Assembly (NCBI GenBank): GCA_963801185.1
Contig: CAWDDW010000001.1
Coordinates: 112,928-176,927, forward strand
Direction of reading: 5' to 3'
From: an uncultured Acidimicrobiaceae bacterium
Lineage (GTDB): Bacteria; Actinomycetota; Acidimicrobiia; Acidimicrobiales; Bog-793
Length of the DNA: 64,000 bases
Part shown: positions 52,800 to 62,529 of the stretch, piece after piece
Layout: every line of letters begins with the position of its first letter
Position numbering within the stretch: position 1 is the first letter of the stretch
Notes under the pieces: model-generated
The model's input: only the letters and a program-made list of their open reading frames with translations
Told to the model about the DNA's origin: nothing
Databases searched by the model: none
Translations under genes and position numbers: made by a program

Positions 52800-54220
52800 G
52801 GAGTGGCCATCCTCTCGGTGCGTTCAGTCTCACCGCGCGACACCGGCAGACCTGCCGCCTCCCAAGCGGAGTAGCCGCCGAGGACGTCTGAGACATCGGG
52901 AAAGCCTGCGTCGATCAAGACGCTGGCCGCCACTTGGGAGCGGGACCCACTGGCACAGTAGACGACCACGGGGCGCGTCCGGTCGAGTGTCCCGAGCGAG
53001 GACACGAGGACGGCCAGGGGGAGCTCGTGGGCGCCAGGCAGCGTGCCGCTCGCCGTCTCACCCGCGCCGCGGACGTCGACGATCTGGAGCCCGGGATCGG
53101 CCTCTTGCAGTGTGGCCAGCTTCTCGATCGTGAGCCGAGAGCTGGTCTCGACCAGGTCGGGTCGGGAGGCGAACACCTCCGCGAGCCCGTCGAGCTGACC
53201 GACGACCCGGTCGTAGCCGACGCGACCGAGACGGATCTTGGCCTCGGCCGCGACCGCCGGATCGCCCACGAGCACGACATTGCGTTCAGGGGACAGCACG
53301 TCGCCTGCCCACTCGGCGAATCGGCCCTGCAGCCCGATGTTCACCGCACCCCGGAGGTGACCGGCAGCAAAGTCGCCTGGCTCGCGGGCGTCGAGCAGAA
53401 CGGCGCCGGCGTCACGCTGCACCAGGACCTCTTCGATGTCGAAGAGAGGTGGAGCCTCTTCGTCAAGCAGCGGGTGGAGCTCGCGGTTCTGCTGCGCGTC
53501 GAACTCGAAGTAGTGAGGCCGCGCGGGCTGCCCCTCTGTGATCGCGACGACGAACTCGGCCTCGTCCATCGCTTGGAGCGCGTAGTTGACGAGTCGCTGC
53601 TCGCCGAGTGTCGAGCTCGTCTCACTCGACAACTGCTTGCCGCACGACGAGCCCGCCCCGTGGGCGGGAAAGATGCGTGTTGAGTCGGGAAGTGGTAGCA
53701 GCTTGTCGTAAAGCGACCGGTACAACCGCCGCGCCAGGGCCTCCGCTGACAGGCCAGCCCCTGCCGAGGCCAAGAGGTCGGGGCGCCCGACGTCGCCTAC
53801 GAACAGAGTGTCGCCGGTCAGCACCCCGTAGGGCACTTCGTCTGCGTCGTGCTCGTAGATGACGATGCAGATCGACTCGGGCGTGTGCCCCGGGGTGGCG
53901 AGTATCTCGAGAGTGACCTCGCCGAGCGACAGCCGCTGGCCGTCCGCCAAAGGCTCGATGGGGAACTCGACGTCGGCCTCCTCCCCGTAGGAGATCACAG
54001 CTCCGGTTCGCGCGGCGAGCTCGAGATGGCCGCTGAGGAAGTCGGCGTGCACATGGGTCTCGATCACCCTCTCGATCACGAGCCCGCGGTCGGCCGCCTC
54101 GTCGACGTAGAGGCCAACGTCGCGTCTGGGGTCGACCACGACCGCCCGACCCGTCGTCTCGTCTCCTATGACGTAGGACGCATGAGAGAGGCAGGCCAAG
54201 TAGTGCTGTGTGAGGATCAC
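52796..54220 (-). CDS. MBL-fold hydrolase (persulfide-dioxygenase-like) fused to rhodanese domains
   Basis: SHASYVIGD, ETHVHADFLSG, TPGHTPES, then rhodanese domains with VVYCASGSRS. GTG 54220 (VILTQHYL) has GAGG 8 nt upstream. ATG 54250 is an alternative. The track start 54490 is Arg/Pro-rich and unlikely. Confidence 0.85.
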   Translation of the reverse strand: MILTQHYLACLSHASYVIGDETTGRAVVVDPRRDVGLYVDEAADRGLVIERVIETHVHADFLSGHLELAARTGAVISYGEEADVEFPIEPLADGQRLSLGEVTLEILATPGHTPESICIVIYEHDADEVPYGVLTGDTLFVGDVGRPDLLASAGAGLSAEALARRLYRSLYDKLLPLPDSTRIFPAHGAGSSCGKQLSSETSSTLGEQRLVNYALQAMDEAEFVVAITEGQPARPHYFEFDAQQNRELHPLLDEEAPPLFDIEEVLVQRDAGAVLLDAREPGDFAAGHLRGAVNIGLQGRFAEWAGDVLSPERNVVLVGDPAVAAEAKIRLGRVGYDRVVGQLDGLAEVFASRPDLVETSSRLTIEKLATLQEADPGLQIVDVRGAGETASGTLPGAHELPLAVLVSSLGTLDRTRPVVVYCASGSRSQVAASVLIDAGFPDVSDVLGGYSAWEAAGLPVSRGETERTERMATP

Positions 54221-54312
54221 TCGACACCTCGCGCTCGGAGTCGGTTGCATTGTCGCGCCGAACCGGACCTCGAGACGAGCGATTCGTGGTGGGCCGACCC
54301 TCGCGCAAGACT

Positions 54313-55022
54313 GTGAGCGTGCCCGACGACGATCTGCTCGCCGAGCAGAAGGCGTTCTACCGCCGGCGCGCTCCCGAGTACGACCAGTGGTGGCAGCGCC
54401 GCGGCCCGTATGACCGCGGCCCCGAGGTCGAGGCGCAGTGGCAGGCGCAGGTCGACGTCGTGGCGGGAGAGCTGGCGGCGTTCGGAGCAAGGGGAGACGT
54501 GCTCGAGTTGGCGGGCGGCACCGGATGGTGGACCGAACGGCTGGCCGCGACTTCGACGACGTTGACAGTGGTCGACTCTTCGCCGGAGGCGCTCGAGATC
54601 AACCGCGAACGCGTAGGGCGTCGCGACGTCGAGTACATCACGGCGGACTTGTTCACCTGGGAGCCGGCGGGCTCATACGACGTCGTCTTCTTCTCCTTTT
54701 GGCTCTCGCACGTGCCTCGCCAGAGGGTCGCCGGCTTCTTCGAGTTCGTCGCGTCATGCCTGAGGGAGGATGGACGGGCCTTTCTGATCGACAACAGGAC
54801 CGATCCGTTTCCTGAGCACCGAGATCCCCACGTGCTCGACGCCCGCGACGATGTTCAGCGGCGCAGTCTCAGCGACGGCTCCGAGCACCGCGTCGTGAAG
54901 GTCATGTACGAGCCGGACGACCTGGCCCAGCTGCTCTCGGGGCTCGGGTGGGAGGCGGAGGTGGGGGAACGCGTTGGCTTGTCTACGGATCTGCGCAAAG
55001 GGCGGCTACGAGGGCACTTTGA
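54313..55022 (+). pseudogene. Class I SAM-dependent methyltransferase, frame-broken at a G5 run
   Basis: VLELAGGTGWWT (motif I) and VVFFSFWLSHVP. After ...LGWEAEVG the track ORF (54250..56385) runs on antisense to the next gene. Adding one G to GGGGG (54963-54967) gives GTRWLVYGSAQRAATRAL and a stop at 55020-55022. Confidence 0.65.
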
Positions 55023-56295
55023 CGCCGAGCATCGTGCTGACAATCTTCGCGATGGCGTCCGCCAACACGACGCTTCCGGCTTGGTTGAGGTGGACGCCGT
55101 CGAGGCGCACCGGTGTGAGCTGTCCATCGATGACGAGACTGCCGGCGTAGCTCCCGCCCGGCCCGTTCAGGACGGTCCCCGGATTGAAGAACACGACGCC
55201 AGGGATCTTCGCCGCCTCCTCGGCAAAGATTGCGTCGATCACCCTCATGTACGAATTGAGCGAAGGACTCTGCATGGCGGGCTCGCCGATCCAGAGCACC
55301 TTGCATCCCTCGTCGACGAGCGACCTCATCGTGTCGCCGACCGTCGTCGCGTAGGTGCTGTCCCAGAGCGCGCTCCCGACCGGCTGGTACCGGCCGTTGA
55401 CGACGATCGCTTGGCCGTCGTTCGCGCTGCCCATCCAGATCACGAGTCTCGGTCGCCGCGCCGCTGCGACGGCAAGGAGGTGCTGTGGCCAGTCGAAGAA
55501 GTCCCCGCGGACGAGCCCGGTGCCCACCTGGTACTCCGCCAGGGTGCGGGTGGTCGTCCGGTTCTCGTGGTACGCCCACCATGCCCACTCGGGCCCGGCA
55601 GCTGTGGAATCGCCGGCGAAGTAGATGGGTGGGCCCGGCGGGCCGAGCGGCACGGGCGGCAGCTCCTTTGCGGGAGGTCCGTTCGCGAGCACGTCGTGCC
55701 CCAGTGCTACGAGCTGGGCGGTGTGGAGCGAGCTGAAGTCACCGGGCATCTGAAAGAGCAGCCAATACGAGGTCGAGCCTTCCGTGAAGTACAGGTAGCG
55801 ATTGTTGGCGATGATCGCTCGCTGGCCGAGGCCGTCAACTGTCACGAGCGTGTCGACGTACTGGGTGGCGGTGTCGAACGAGACGTTCGGCATGACCTCG
55901 AGCGCAAGAAGCGAATCCTCTCCCACCAACCACTGGCAGTACGGGAACGTCGGAGTGGCCGGCCCGACCGGCCCGCCGAACTCCTTGAAGATCTCCGTCC
56001 GCGTGAGCAGCTTGCACGCGACGCGTGGCGCCTGCGCGCCGAGCGAGCCGTCGTCGATGCGCTTTGGTCGCTCCGGCCGCGGGCGGGAGCGCCGGCGCGA
56101 GACGGTGGTGCTGGCCGCCGAGGAGGTAGGTGCAGCGGAGGAGGGCTCGCCAGTCGGCGCCAACTTCGAGCACGAGGCCGCCGTCGCGTGGCAGCGACCA
56201 CTACTGCTGGTCGGTCTCGGCGCTGCTATCCAGGCGACCGTCAACGCCGCACCAGCGAGCGCGATGGCCACGACCACTCCGAGCGCGCGTCTCAC
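55006..56295 (-). CDS. Secreted or anchored SGNH/GDSL-type hydrolase with N-terminal accessory domain
   Basis: N-terminal hydrophobic VVVAIALAGAALTVAWI. SGNH blocks IYFAGDSTA, WMGSANDG, DGVHLN. Confidence 0.65.
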   Translation of the reverse strand: MRRALGVVVAIALAGAALTVAWIAAPRPTSSSGRCHATAASCSKLAPTGEPSSAAPTSSAASTTVSRRRSRPRPERPKRIDDGSLGAQAPRVACKLLTRTEIFKEFGGPVGPATPTFPYCQWLVGEDSLLALEVMPNVSFDTATQYVDTLVTVDGLGQRAIIANNRYLYFTEGSTSYWLLFQMPGDFSSLHTAQLVALGHDVLANGPPAKELPPVPLGPPGPPIYFAGDSTAAGPEWAWWAYHENRTTTRTLAEYQVGTGLVRGDFFDWPQHLLAVAAARRPRLVIWMGSANDGQAIVVNGRYQPVGSALWDSTYATTVGDTMRSLVDEGCKVLWIGEPAMQSPSLNSYMRVIDAIFAEEAAKIPGVVFFNPGTVLNGPGGSYAGSLVIDGQLTPVRLDGVHLNQAGSVVLADAIAKIVSTMLGVKVPS

Positions 56296-56368
56296 GAGTG
56301 TCAGACGCTGCTCGGCGTCAGAACGTTGCAGGGAATCCGGCGAGTCACCGGCCTAGCGGTGATCATGG

Positions 56369-57919
56369 GTGGACGGTCATGTTAGGTGCACAATGTTGTC
56401 CATGCGAACAGACCGCCAGCGGGTGACGAGCAGGCTTTCGAGGCGACAGTGGGTCGGGGCACGCCTCGCCATAGGAGCGACGATGGTCGTCATGGTCGCG
56501 GCGTGCTCCACCGGCGGAGCGGCAGCGCAAGGGGCGTCGACCTCGTCGACTCCGAAATCGTCGACGTCGTCGTCGGCCGCGAATGGCTCGGGCAGCTCCA
56601 GCAGCTCGACGGTGCCCGCCGCCTCTGCCAACGACTCGTCCGACTGGACCGTCTACCACCGCTACGTCAGCGGCTCGGGCAGAGGTCCTGCCGGTTTGAA
56701 GCTCTCCCCGCTCAAGTCCTCCTGGAACTCGCCGACGCTCGACGGGCAGCTTTACGGCGAGCCGCTCGTGTGGGGCAAGGACGTGTACGTGGCGACGGAG
56801 AGCGACACCGTCTACGCCCTGTCGGCATCGAAGGGCAAGATCTTGTGGCACCACCACCTGGGCACTCCCGTACCCTCGAGTGACCTCCCATGCGGCAACA
56901 TCTCCCCGACTGTCGGGATCACCTCCACTCCGGTCATCGACACTGCCCGCAAGGAGATCTTCGTCGTCGCCGACGAACTGGTGCGTGGCAAAGCCCATCA
57001 CGAGTTCTACGGCCTGAACGCGACGACGGGAGCTGTCGAACTCAGCCAGGGCGCCGACCCGGCCGGCGCGGACACGCTCGCCATCTTGCAGCGGGCGTCG
57101 CTCACGCTCGACGGGACGAATGTCGTCTTCGGATTTGGCGGCAATTACGGTGATTGCTCGACCTATCACGGCTGGGTCGAGTCCGTGCCGGTGATTGGGG
57201 GGAAGGCTCGTTTCTACAAGGTGGACCCGAAGTCGGGAGAGACCCAGGGTGCGATCTGGATGGGCGGCGGTGCGCCCGTGGTGAACACCGCCGGCGACGT
57301 TTGGGTTGCGGCCGGCAACGGCTCGGTCTCTTCGCCATCGGGACCATACGACTACAGCGACTCTGTGCTGGAGCTGTCGCCGTCGATGAAATTGCTGCAG
57401 TACTTCGCTCCTTCTGACTGGTACTACGACAACGGCCACGACCTCGATCTCGGCTCGTCGGTTCCGGCGGTGCTCTCGAACGGCCTCGTCGTACAGGCGG
57501 GCAAGTCGCAGACCGCCTACCTGCTGAAGGCCTCCTCGCTGGGTGGCATCGGTGGCCAGGTGGACGAACTGACCGGGATCTGCGGCAACGATGTCGACGG
57601 GGGAGTGGCGTTCTCGGGCAGCACCGTCTACCTGCCCTGCGAGAGCGGGGTGATGGCCGTCTCGACTGACGCCAAGACCCGCAAGATGAGAGTGCTATGG
57701 CAGACGGAGACCGGGGCGGGAGGACCACCCATCCTTGCCGGCGGGTTCGTCTGGACGATCTCGGGCGGCACGCTTTTCGCACTCAACCCAAAGACGGGAG
57801 ACGCCGTCCACCAGCTCTCGATCGGCAACAGTGCCACCGATTTCCCGACCCCGTCGGTCGGAGACGGGCTGCTGTTCGCGACCTCGGCCACGCAAGTGCA
57901 CGCCTTCGCCGGTCCGTGA
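56369..57919 (+). CDS. PQQ-like beta-propeller repeat lipoprotein (paralogue-like of 41441..42928)
   Basis: Lipobox MVVMVAACS. Repeats such as SASKGKILWH, LNATTGAVE, LNPKTGDAVHQ. Confidence 0.75.
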   Translation: MDGHVRCTMLSMRTDRQRVTSRLSRRQWVGARLAIGATMVVMVAACSTGGAAAQGASTSSTPKSSTSSSAANGSGSSSSSTVPAASANDSSDWTVYHRYVSGSGRGPAGLKLSPLKSSWNSPTLDGQLYGEPLVWGKDVYVATESDTVYALSASKGKILWHHHLGTPVPSSDLPCGNISPTVGITSTPVIDTARKEIFVVADELVRGKAHHEFYGLNATTGAVELSQGADPAGADTLAILQRASLTLDGTNVVFGFGGNYGDCSTYHGWVESVPVIGGKARFYKVDPKSGETQGAIWMGGGAPVVNTAGDVWVAAGNGSVSSPSGPYDYSDSVLELSPSMKLLQYFAPSDWYYDNGHDLDLGSSVPAVLSNGLVVQAGKSQTAYLLKASSLGGIGGQVDELTGICGNDVDGGVAFSGSTVYLPCESGVMAVSTDAKTRKMRVLWQTETGAGGPPILAGGFVWTISGGTLFALNPKTGDAVHQLSIGNSATDFPTPSVGDGLLFATSATQVHAFAGP

Positions 57920-57941
57920 CCGGCGAAGGCCCCCCTGCGGA

Positions 57942-58685
57942 TCACACCTCGAAGTCGCCCGACTCAGTCGGGTCCCAATCGGCGTCAGCCTCGGTAGCCC
58001 TCGCGCCGGGCCAGCCCGCGTGCCGAGCACGTCCCCGGCCCCTGGCCTGCCCTGGTCCGTGCTCCGCGCTCCCCTCGGGGACGAGTGCCGACAGCCGATT
58101 CCGAAGGTCGCCGAGGAGCGTGAGTATCTCCGCCCTTTGCTCCTCGGTGCCGTGTCGCGCTGCCCAGACGAGCTGGACGAAAGTGTCCCGAGCGGCGATC
58201 TTCAGCTGGAGTCGCGACTCGCCGAAACCATCTGACACCTGATCCCAGGGAGCCCTCGACCCCTGGGTGCGTTCGAACTCGGCCTGCCCGGCCTCGGTGA
58301 GCTCGAAGACCCGCTTGCCCTCCGGCGCGTCGCTGACGACGAGTCCTTCGTCCTCCAGCAGTTGCAGCGTCGGGTAGACCGAGCCGGGGCTCGGCCTCCA
58401 TGCCCCTCCGGTCCGAGTCGACAGCTCCTGGATCATCTGATACCCGTGCATCGGAGCTCCACCCGTGGCCTTTTGTTCGGCCAGCAATGCGAGGATGGCG
58501 GCTCGCACGTTTCCCCTGGCAGCGCGGTGCATCCCACCACCGCGGCTCGGACCGCGCCTTGCGCGACGGCTCGCCGGACCGCCAAGCCCCATACCACCAG
58601 CTCCTCCGCGGCCGCGCCCTCGCGGCCCCACCACTCCTAGATCATCGTGCTGGTGCTCCCACTTGTGCATTCGTTCGATATCCAT
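57942..58685 (-). CDS. PadR family transcriptional regulator with Gly/Arg-rich N-terminus
   Basis: ILALLAEQ...PMHGYQMIQELSTRTGGAWRPSPGSVYPTLQLLEDEGLV. ATG 58685 (MDIERMHKW) has AAGGAG upstream. The track ORF extends to 58790. Confidence 0.85.
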   Translation of the reverse strand: MDIERMHKWEHQHDDLGVVGPRGRGRGGAGGMGLGGPASRRARRGPSRGGGMHRAARGNVRAAILALLAEQKATGGAPMHGYQMIQELSTRTGGAWRPSPGSVYPTLQLLEDEGLVVSDAPEGKRVFELTEAGQAEFERTQGSRAPWDQVSDGFGESRLQLKIAARDTFVQLVWAARHGTEEQRAEILTLLGDLRNRLSALVPEGSAEHGPGQARGRGRARHAGWPGARATEADADWDPTESGDFEV

Positions 58686-58709
58686 CTCACTTCTTCTCCT
58701 TGTGCGAGT

Positions 58710-58739
58710 TAACGATATGTCGCTAGTAACGATATATCG
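58710..58739. promoter_or_regulatory. Candidate operator: direct repeat TAACGATAT (58710-58718, 58727-58735), the second copy within the perfect palindrome CGATATATCG (58730-58739)
   Basis: Read directly. It is an AT-rich patch in the divergent PadR/peptidase intergenic region, 25-55 nt upstream of the PadR ATG. Confidence 0.35.
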
Positions 58740-58865
58740 GTGAGAACAAAAATGCAAGCGATCCGTCTTTCCAGGACAAACCCATGACAAAGCCGCTGCC
58801 AGTGCGTACGATCCGCATCACTGACCGCTCTCGTGAGGTCCGGTCGCTGCCCCGTGGAGGTTTAG

Positions 58866-61800
58866 ATGCGCTCGTTCAAGTTGAAGACGTGGCTCATGGT
58901 TGGCGTCGCGCCGAGCCTCGCGATCGCCATCGCTGTTCCGGCGACCGCGGGAAGCGTTGCTTCAGCGCAGGCTCTCACTGCAAGGGCCTCGGCCCGCCTG
59001 AGCGGCCCGCCGAGGACAGTGATCGTGATACTCCGCGATCAGAACCAGGGTGTGGCAGCCAGAGCCGCCAGCCAGCTCGACGCCGTTCGTGCCGAGCAGA
59101 GGCCCATCATTGCCCAGCTCCGCGCCTCTGGCGCCAGGGACATCTCGTCCACGAGCGTCCTCAACACGGTGATCGCCAAGGTCTCTGCACGGGAAGAGGC
59201 GGCGCTCGAGGCCAACCCCGCCGTGGCGAAGGTCATACCGAACTCGCTGATCCCGGGTCCGACTCCACTCACGGCGGCCTCGGAGGCCGGCCTCGGTGGC
59301 GTCTCCTCGAAGGCAGGTGGCGCCGTCCCGAGGACGCCGCCGACCCCGGCATGTGGGACCGCTACGGATCCTGAGCTCGACCCGGAGGCCCTGGCGAACA
59401 TCAACGCCACGCCGGCGCAACTCGGCTCCGACGACGGTGCGGGCGTGACGGTCGCATTCCTAGCCGATGGCGTCGACCCGACCAATCCCGACTTCCAGCG
59501 CAACGCGGCCTTCGCGTCATCCGGGTCCACGACAGGCTCGCCCGTCATGCAGTACAAGGACTTCTCGACCGACGGACCGAACGCGGCCACCGCGGGTGGT
59601 GAGGCCTTTGGCGACGCGAGCTCGATCGCTGCTCAGGGGAACAACGTCTACGACCTCGCAGGGTTCGTCAACCCGTCACACTCACTGCCGACCATCTGCG
59701 ACATCAAGATCGTCGGAGCGGCCCCTGGCGCCAACCTCTTGGGGCTCAAGGTCTTTGCCCAGAACAACGACACCACGACGTCCGGGTTCATTCAGGCGAT
59801 CGACTACGCCGTCAAGCACGGGGCCAAGGTGATCAACGAGTCCTTCGGTGGCAACAACTTCCCTGACACGGCTCAAGACGCAGTCCGTGCCGCCGACGAG
59901 GCGGCCTTCGCCGCAGGCGTGACGGTGGTCGCGAGCTCAGGCGACGCCGGTGTCACGAGCACGATCGGTTCGCCTTCCACGGATCCCGACGTCATCAGCG
60001 TCGGCGCCACGACCACGTTCCGCGCTTACCAGCAGCTGGCCTACGGTGGCATCAACTACCCGGGCGCCAATGGGCAATACGTCGACAACAACATCTCGAG
60101 CCTGTCATCTGGCGGTTACAACCAGTCTGGGAGCACCGTCGACCTGGTCGCTCCCGGAGACCTCAACTGGGCGCTTTGCGACGCCAGCGACACGTACTCC
60201 GACTGCACGAGCGACGCCGGAACGACATCGTCCGAGCCCGCCACGGACATCGAGCTGTTCGGTGGGACGAGCGAGTCGTCTCCGCTCACGGCTGCTGCTG
60301 CCGCAGACGTCATCCAGGCTTACGCCTCGACTCACCATGGCACGGATCCGTCGCCTTCACTCGTGAAGCAGATCCTCATGAGCACCGCCACGGACATCGC
60401 TGCGCCGGCAGATCAGCAGGGCGCCGGGTTGTTGAACGTCCTCGCGGCGGTGAAGGAGGCCAAGTCGATCGATGGCGCGAGCGGCACGCCGAGCGGCGGG
60501 TTGCTCGTGAGCCCGAACCAGGTCAACGTGCAACAGGCTCCCGGTGCGTCGACGACCAAGACGATCACCGTGCAGAACACCGGATCGAGCACCGTTTCGG
60601 TCTCGGTGTCGAGCCGGAACCTCACCGACAAGGTCGCGCACCACTCGGGTTCTTTCTGCATGCAGCCGAGCACCACGCCCACGACTGCGTGTCCTGCCAA
60701 CACCGGGAGCTTCCCGATCTGGAGCGGGGTGACCGAGAACTACCAGGCCGAGACGTTCACCGTGCCATCCACCACAGGTGTGTCCCGCCTCGATTTCTCG
60801 GCGGACTACACGTACTCGGGACAGACCTCGCTCCTTCACTTCGCGCTGTTCGAGCCCGATGGGACGTACGCGGGGTACTCGCTGCCACAGGGTCTCGGCG
60901 ACTTCGGAGACGTCGAGGTGGCCAATCCGCCCGCTGGAACGTGGACGGCCGTCTTCTTCACGGAGCAGAACGGCGCGACCTCAGGTGGGGTCGGGACTAG
61001 CGGCACCGTGCAGTGGAACGCCGCTACGTACCAGTACGCCGCAGCCGGCAAGGTCAGCTCGAGCACACTCGACATCGCAGCCGGAAAGAGCAAGACCGTC
61101 ACGATCACTGTGACCAGCCCGAAGTCGGCTGGTGACACTCAGCAGTCGGTCGTGCTGAGCACCACGGGCGCCGGTACGACAACCATCCCCGTGACGATCC
61201 GGACGATGATCCCGATCACGAAGAAGGGCGGGACCTTCAGCGGAGTGCTGACCGGTGGGAACGGCCGTGGGGGCGCACCGGCACAGGAGAACACCTACGC
61301 GTTCGACGTGCCGAAGGGCGAGAGCGATCTCGACGCAAGTGTGACGTTGTCGACTGACCCGAGTGACGAGCTGATCGCCTACCTCGTCGATCCCGACGGG
61401 CAGACCGTCGGCTACTCGAGCAACGTCACGACCGACAACTTCGGGACGCCGGTATCGACCCCGTGGGTGAGCCTGTACCACGCCGCCCCCATGGCGGGCC
61501 AGTGGGAGCTGATCCTCGACTGGCTCAACCCGGTGAGCGGGCTGGAGCTGAGCGAGCCCTTCAGCGGCGCGATCCGCTTCAATCAGGTCAGCGTGACCGG
61601 CACGCTGCCCAACAGCTCCTCGACCTCGCTGAGCCAGCACAAGAGCCACACGTTCACCGTCACAGTCAACAACACGGGCGTCTCGCCGGAGTCGTTCTTC
61701 GTCGACGCTCGCTTGCCGAGTACCGAGACGGTCAGCCTTTTAGACCAGAATGCCAGTGGCCCCGCGACCGACATGAGCCTGCCGCTGCCGGCGGGTCTCA

Positions 61801-62360
61801 GTTTCCCCTACTACTTCGTGCCAACGGACACGACTCAGCTTCAAGCGAGCATCGCGGGAAGCGTGCCGGTCAGCTTCGACATGGAGTACTTCCCGGGTGA
61901 CCCCGACGTGTCGCCGGCGGTCAAGACATCGGGAACGTCGGGTAGCTCCAAGGGGGACAAGGCGAGCGTCACCTTCTCCGAAGCAGAGGTCAGCCCAGGG
62001 TTCTGGACGATGAACCCGGACGAGATCGGGCCGTACGGGTCAAGTGGTGCACCAGCGGCCACGGCGAGCGAGGCGATGAAGGCCGTCACTCGAGCCTTCG
62101 ACCCGACCGTGGCATCGTCGACCGGAGACATGTGGTCCTTCTTCAACGGACTGTCGAGCAGCTTCGCGCCGGTCTACGTCCCGTCTGGTGACAGCGCGAC
62201 CATCACGATTGCGATCACGCCCACCGCCAAAGTGGGCGCGAAGGTATCGGGCACGCTCTTTGTCGACGATTACACCATCGCCTCGTTCGTCACCGGCACG
62301 GATCTCCCCAACGGCGACCAGTTGGCGGCCATTCCGTACAGCTACACGGTGTCCAAGTAG
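58866..62360 (+). CDS. Large secreted clan SB (S8/S53) serine peptidase with propeptide and long C-terminal beta-rich extension
   Basis: Signal peptide MRSFKLKTWLMVGVAPSLAIAIAVPATAGSVASAQA and an I9-like propeptide. Motifs: VTVAFLADGVDPTNPDF, GGEAFGDASS, VVASSGDAG, GGTSESSPLTAAAAA. GGAGG lies 6 nt upstream. Confidence 0.85.
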   Translation: MRSFKLKTWLMVGVAPSLAIAIAVPATAGSVASAQALTARASARLSGPPRTVIVILRDQNQGVAARAASQLDAVRAEQRPIIAQLRASGARDISSTSVLNTVIAKVSAREEAALEANPAVAKVIPNSLIPGPTPLTAASEAGLGGVSSKAGGAVPRTPPTPACGTATDPELDPEALANINATPAQLGSDDGAGVTVAFLADGVDPTNPDFQRNAAFASSGSTTGSPVMQYKDFSTDGPNAATAGGEAFGDASSIAAQGNNVYDLAGFVNPSHSLPTICDIKIVGAAPGANLLGLKVFAQNNDTTTSGFIQAIDYAVKHGAKVINESFGGNNFPDTAQDAVRAADEAAFAAGVTVVASSGDAGVTSTIGSPSTDPDVISVGATTTFRAYQQLAYGGINYPGANGQYVDNNISSLSSGGYNQSGSTVDLVAPGDLNWALCDASDTYSDCTSDAGTTSSEPATDIELFGGTSESSPLTAAAAADVIQAYASTHHGTDPSPSLVKQILMSTATDIAAPADQQGAGLLNVLAAVKEAKSIDGASGTPSGGLLVSPNQVNVQQAPGASTTKTITVQNTGSSTVSVSVSSRNLTDKVAHHSGSFCMQPSTTPTTACPANTGSFPIWSGVTENYQAETFTVPSTTGVSRLDFSADYTYSGQTSLLHFALFEPDGTYAGYSLPQGLGDFGDVEVANPPAGTWTAVFFTEQNGATSGGVGTSGTVQWNAATYQYAAAGKVSSSTLDIAAGKSKTVTITVTSPKSAGDTQQSVVLSTTGAGTTTIPVTIRTMIPITKKGGTFSGVLTGGNGRGGAPAQENTYAFDVPKGESDLDASVTLSTDPSDELIAYLVDPDGQTVGYSSNVTTDNFGTPVSTPWVSLYHAAPMAGQWELILDWLNPVSGLELSEPFSGAIRFNQVSVTGTLPNSSSTSLSQHKSHTFTVTVNNTGVSPESFFVDARLPSTETVSLLDQNASGPATDMSLPLPAGLSFPYYFVPTDTTQLQASIAGSVPVSFDMEYFPGDPDVSPAVKTSGTSGSSKGDKASVTFSEAEVSPGFWTMNPDEIGPYGSSGAPAATASEAMKAVTRAFDPTVASSTGDMWSFFNGLSSSFAPVYVPSGDSATITIAITPTAKVGAKVSGTLFVDDYTIASFVTGTDLPNGDQLAAIPYSYTVSK

Positions 62361-62365
62361 TCGGT

Positions 62366-62398
62366 GCTCCGCCGTCCCCTGTCGGGGGACGGCGGAGC
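62366..62398 (+). terminator. Strong GC-rich hairpin directly after the peptidase stop (14-bp perfect stem, 5-nt loop, no U-tract)
   Basis: GCTCCGCCGTCCCC-tgtcg-GGGGACGGCGGAGC, read directly, starting 6 nt after TAG 62358-62360. Confidence 0.6.
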
Positions 62399-62529
62399 CC
62401 GCACATCGGGTAGAACCGACATATGAGCACGAGACCAACCAGCTGTGGCCCGGCCGGCTCGGAGCGCGGCCGCGTTCGTGCTCGGCTGTCGCAGACCTGC
62501 ACGGCGACCGACGGGGACCGCTGATCGCC

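Noticed and set aside
54250-56385. 711-aa + strand ORF
   Set aside because: Only the first ~220 codons are methyltransferase-like. The rest is antisense to the SGNH hydrolase gene and arises from read-through after a probable 1-nt deletion in a G run.
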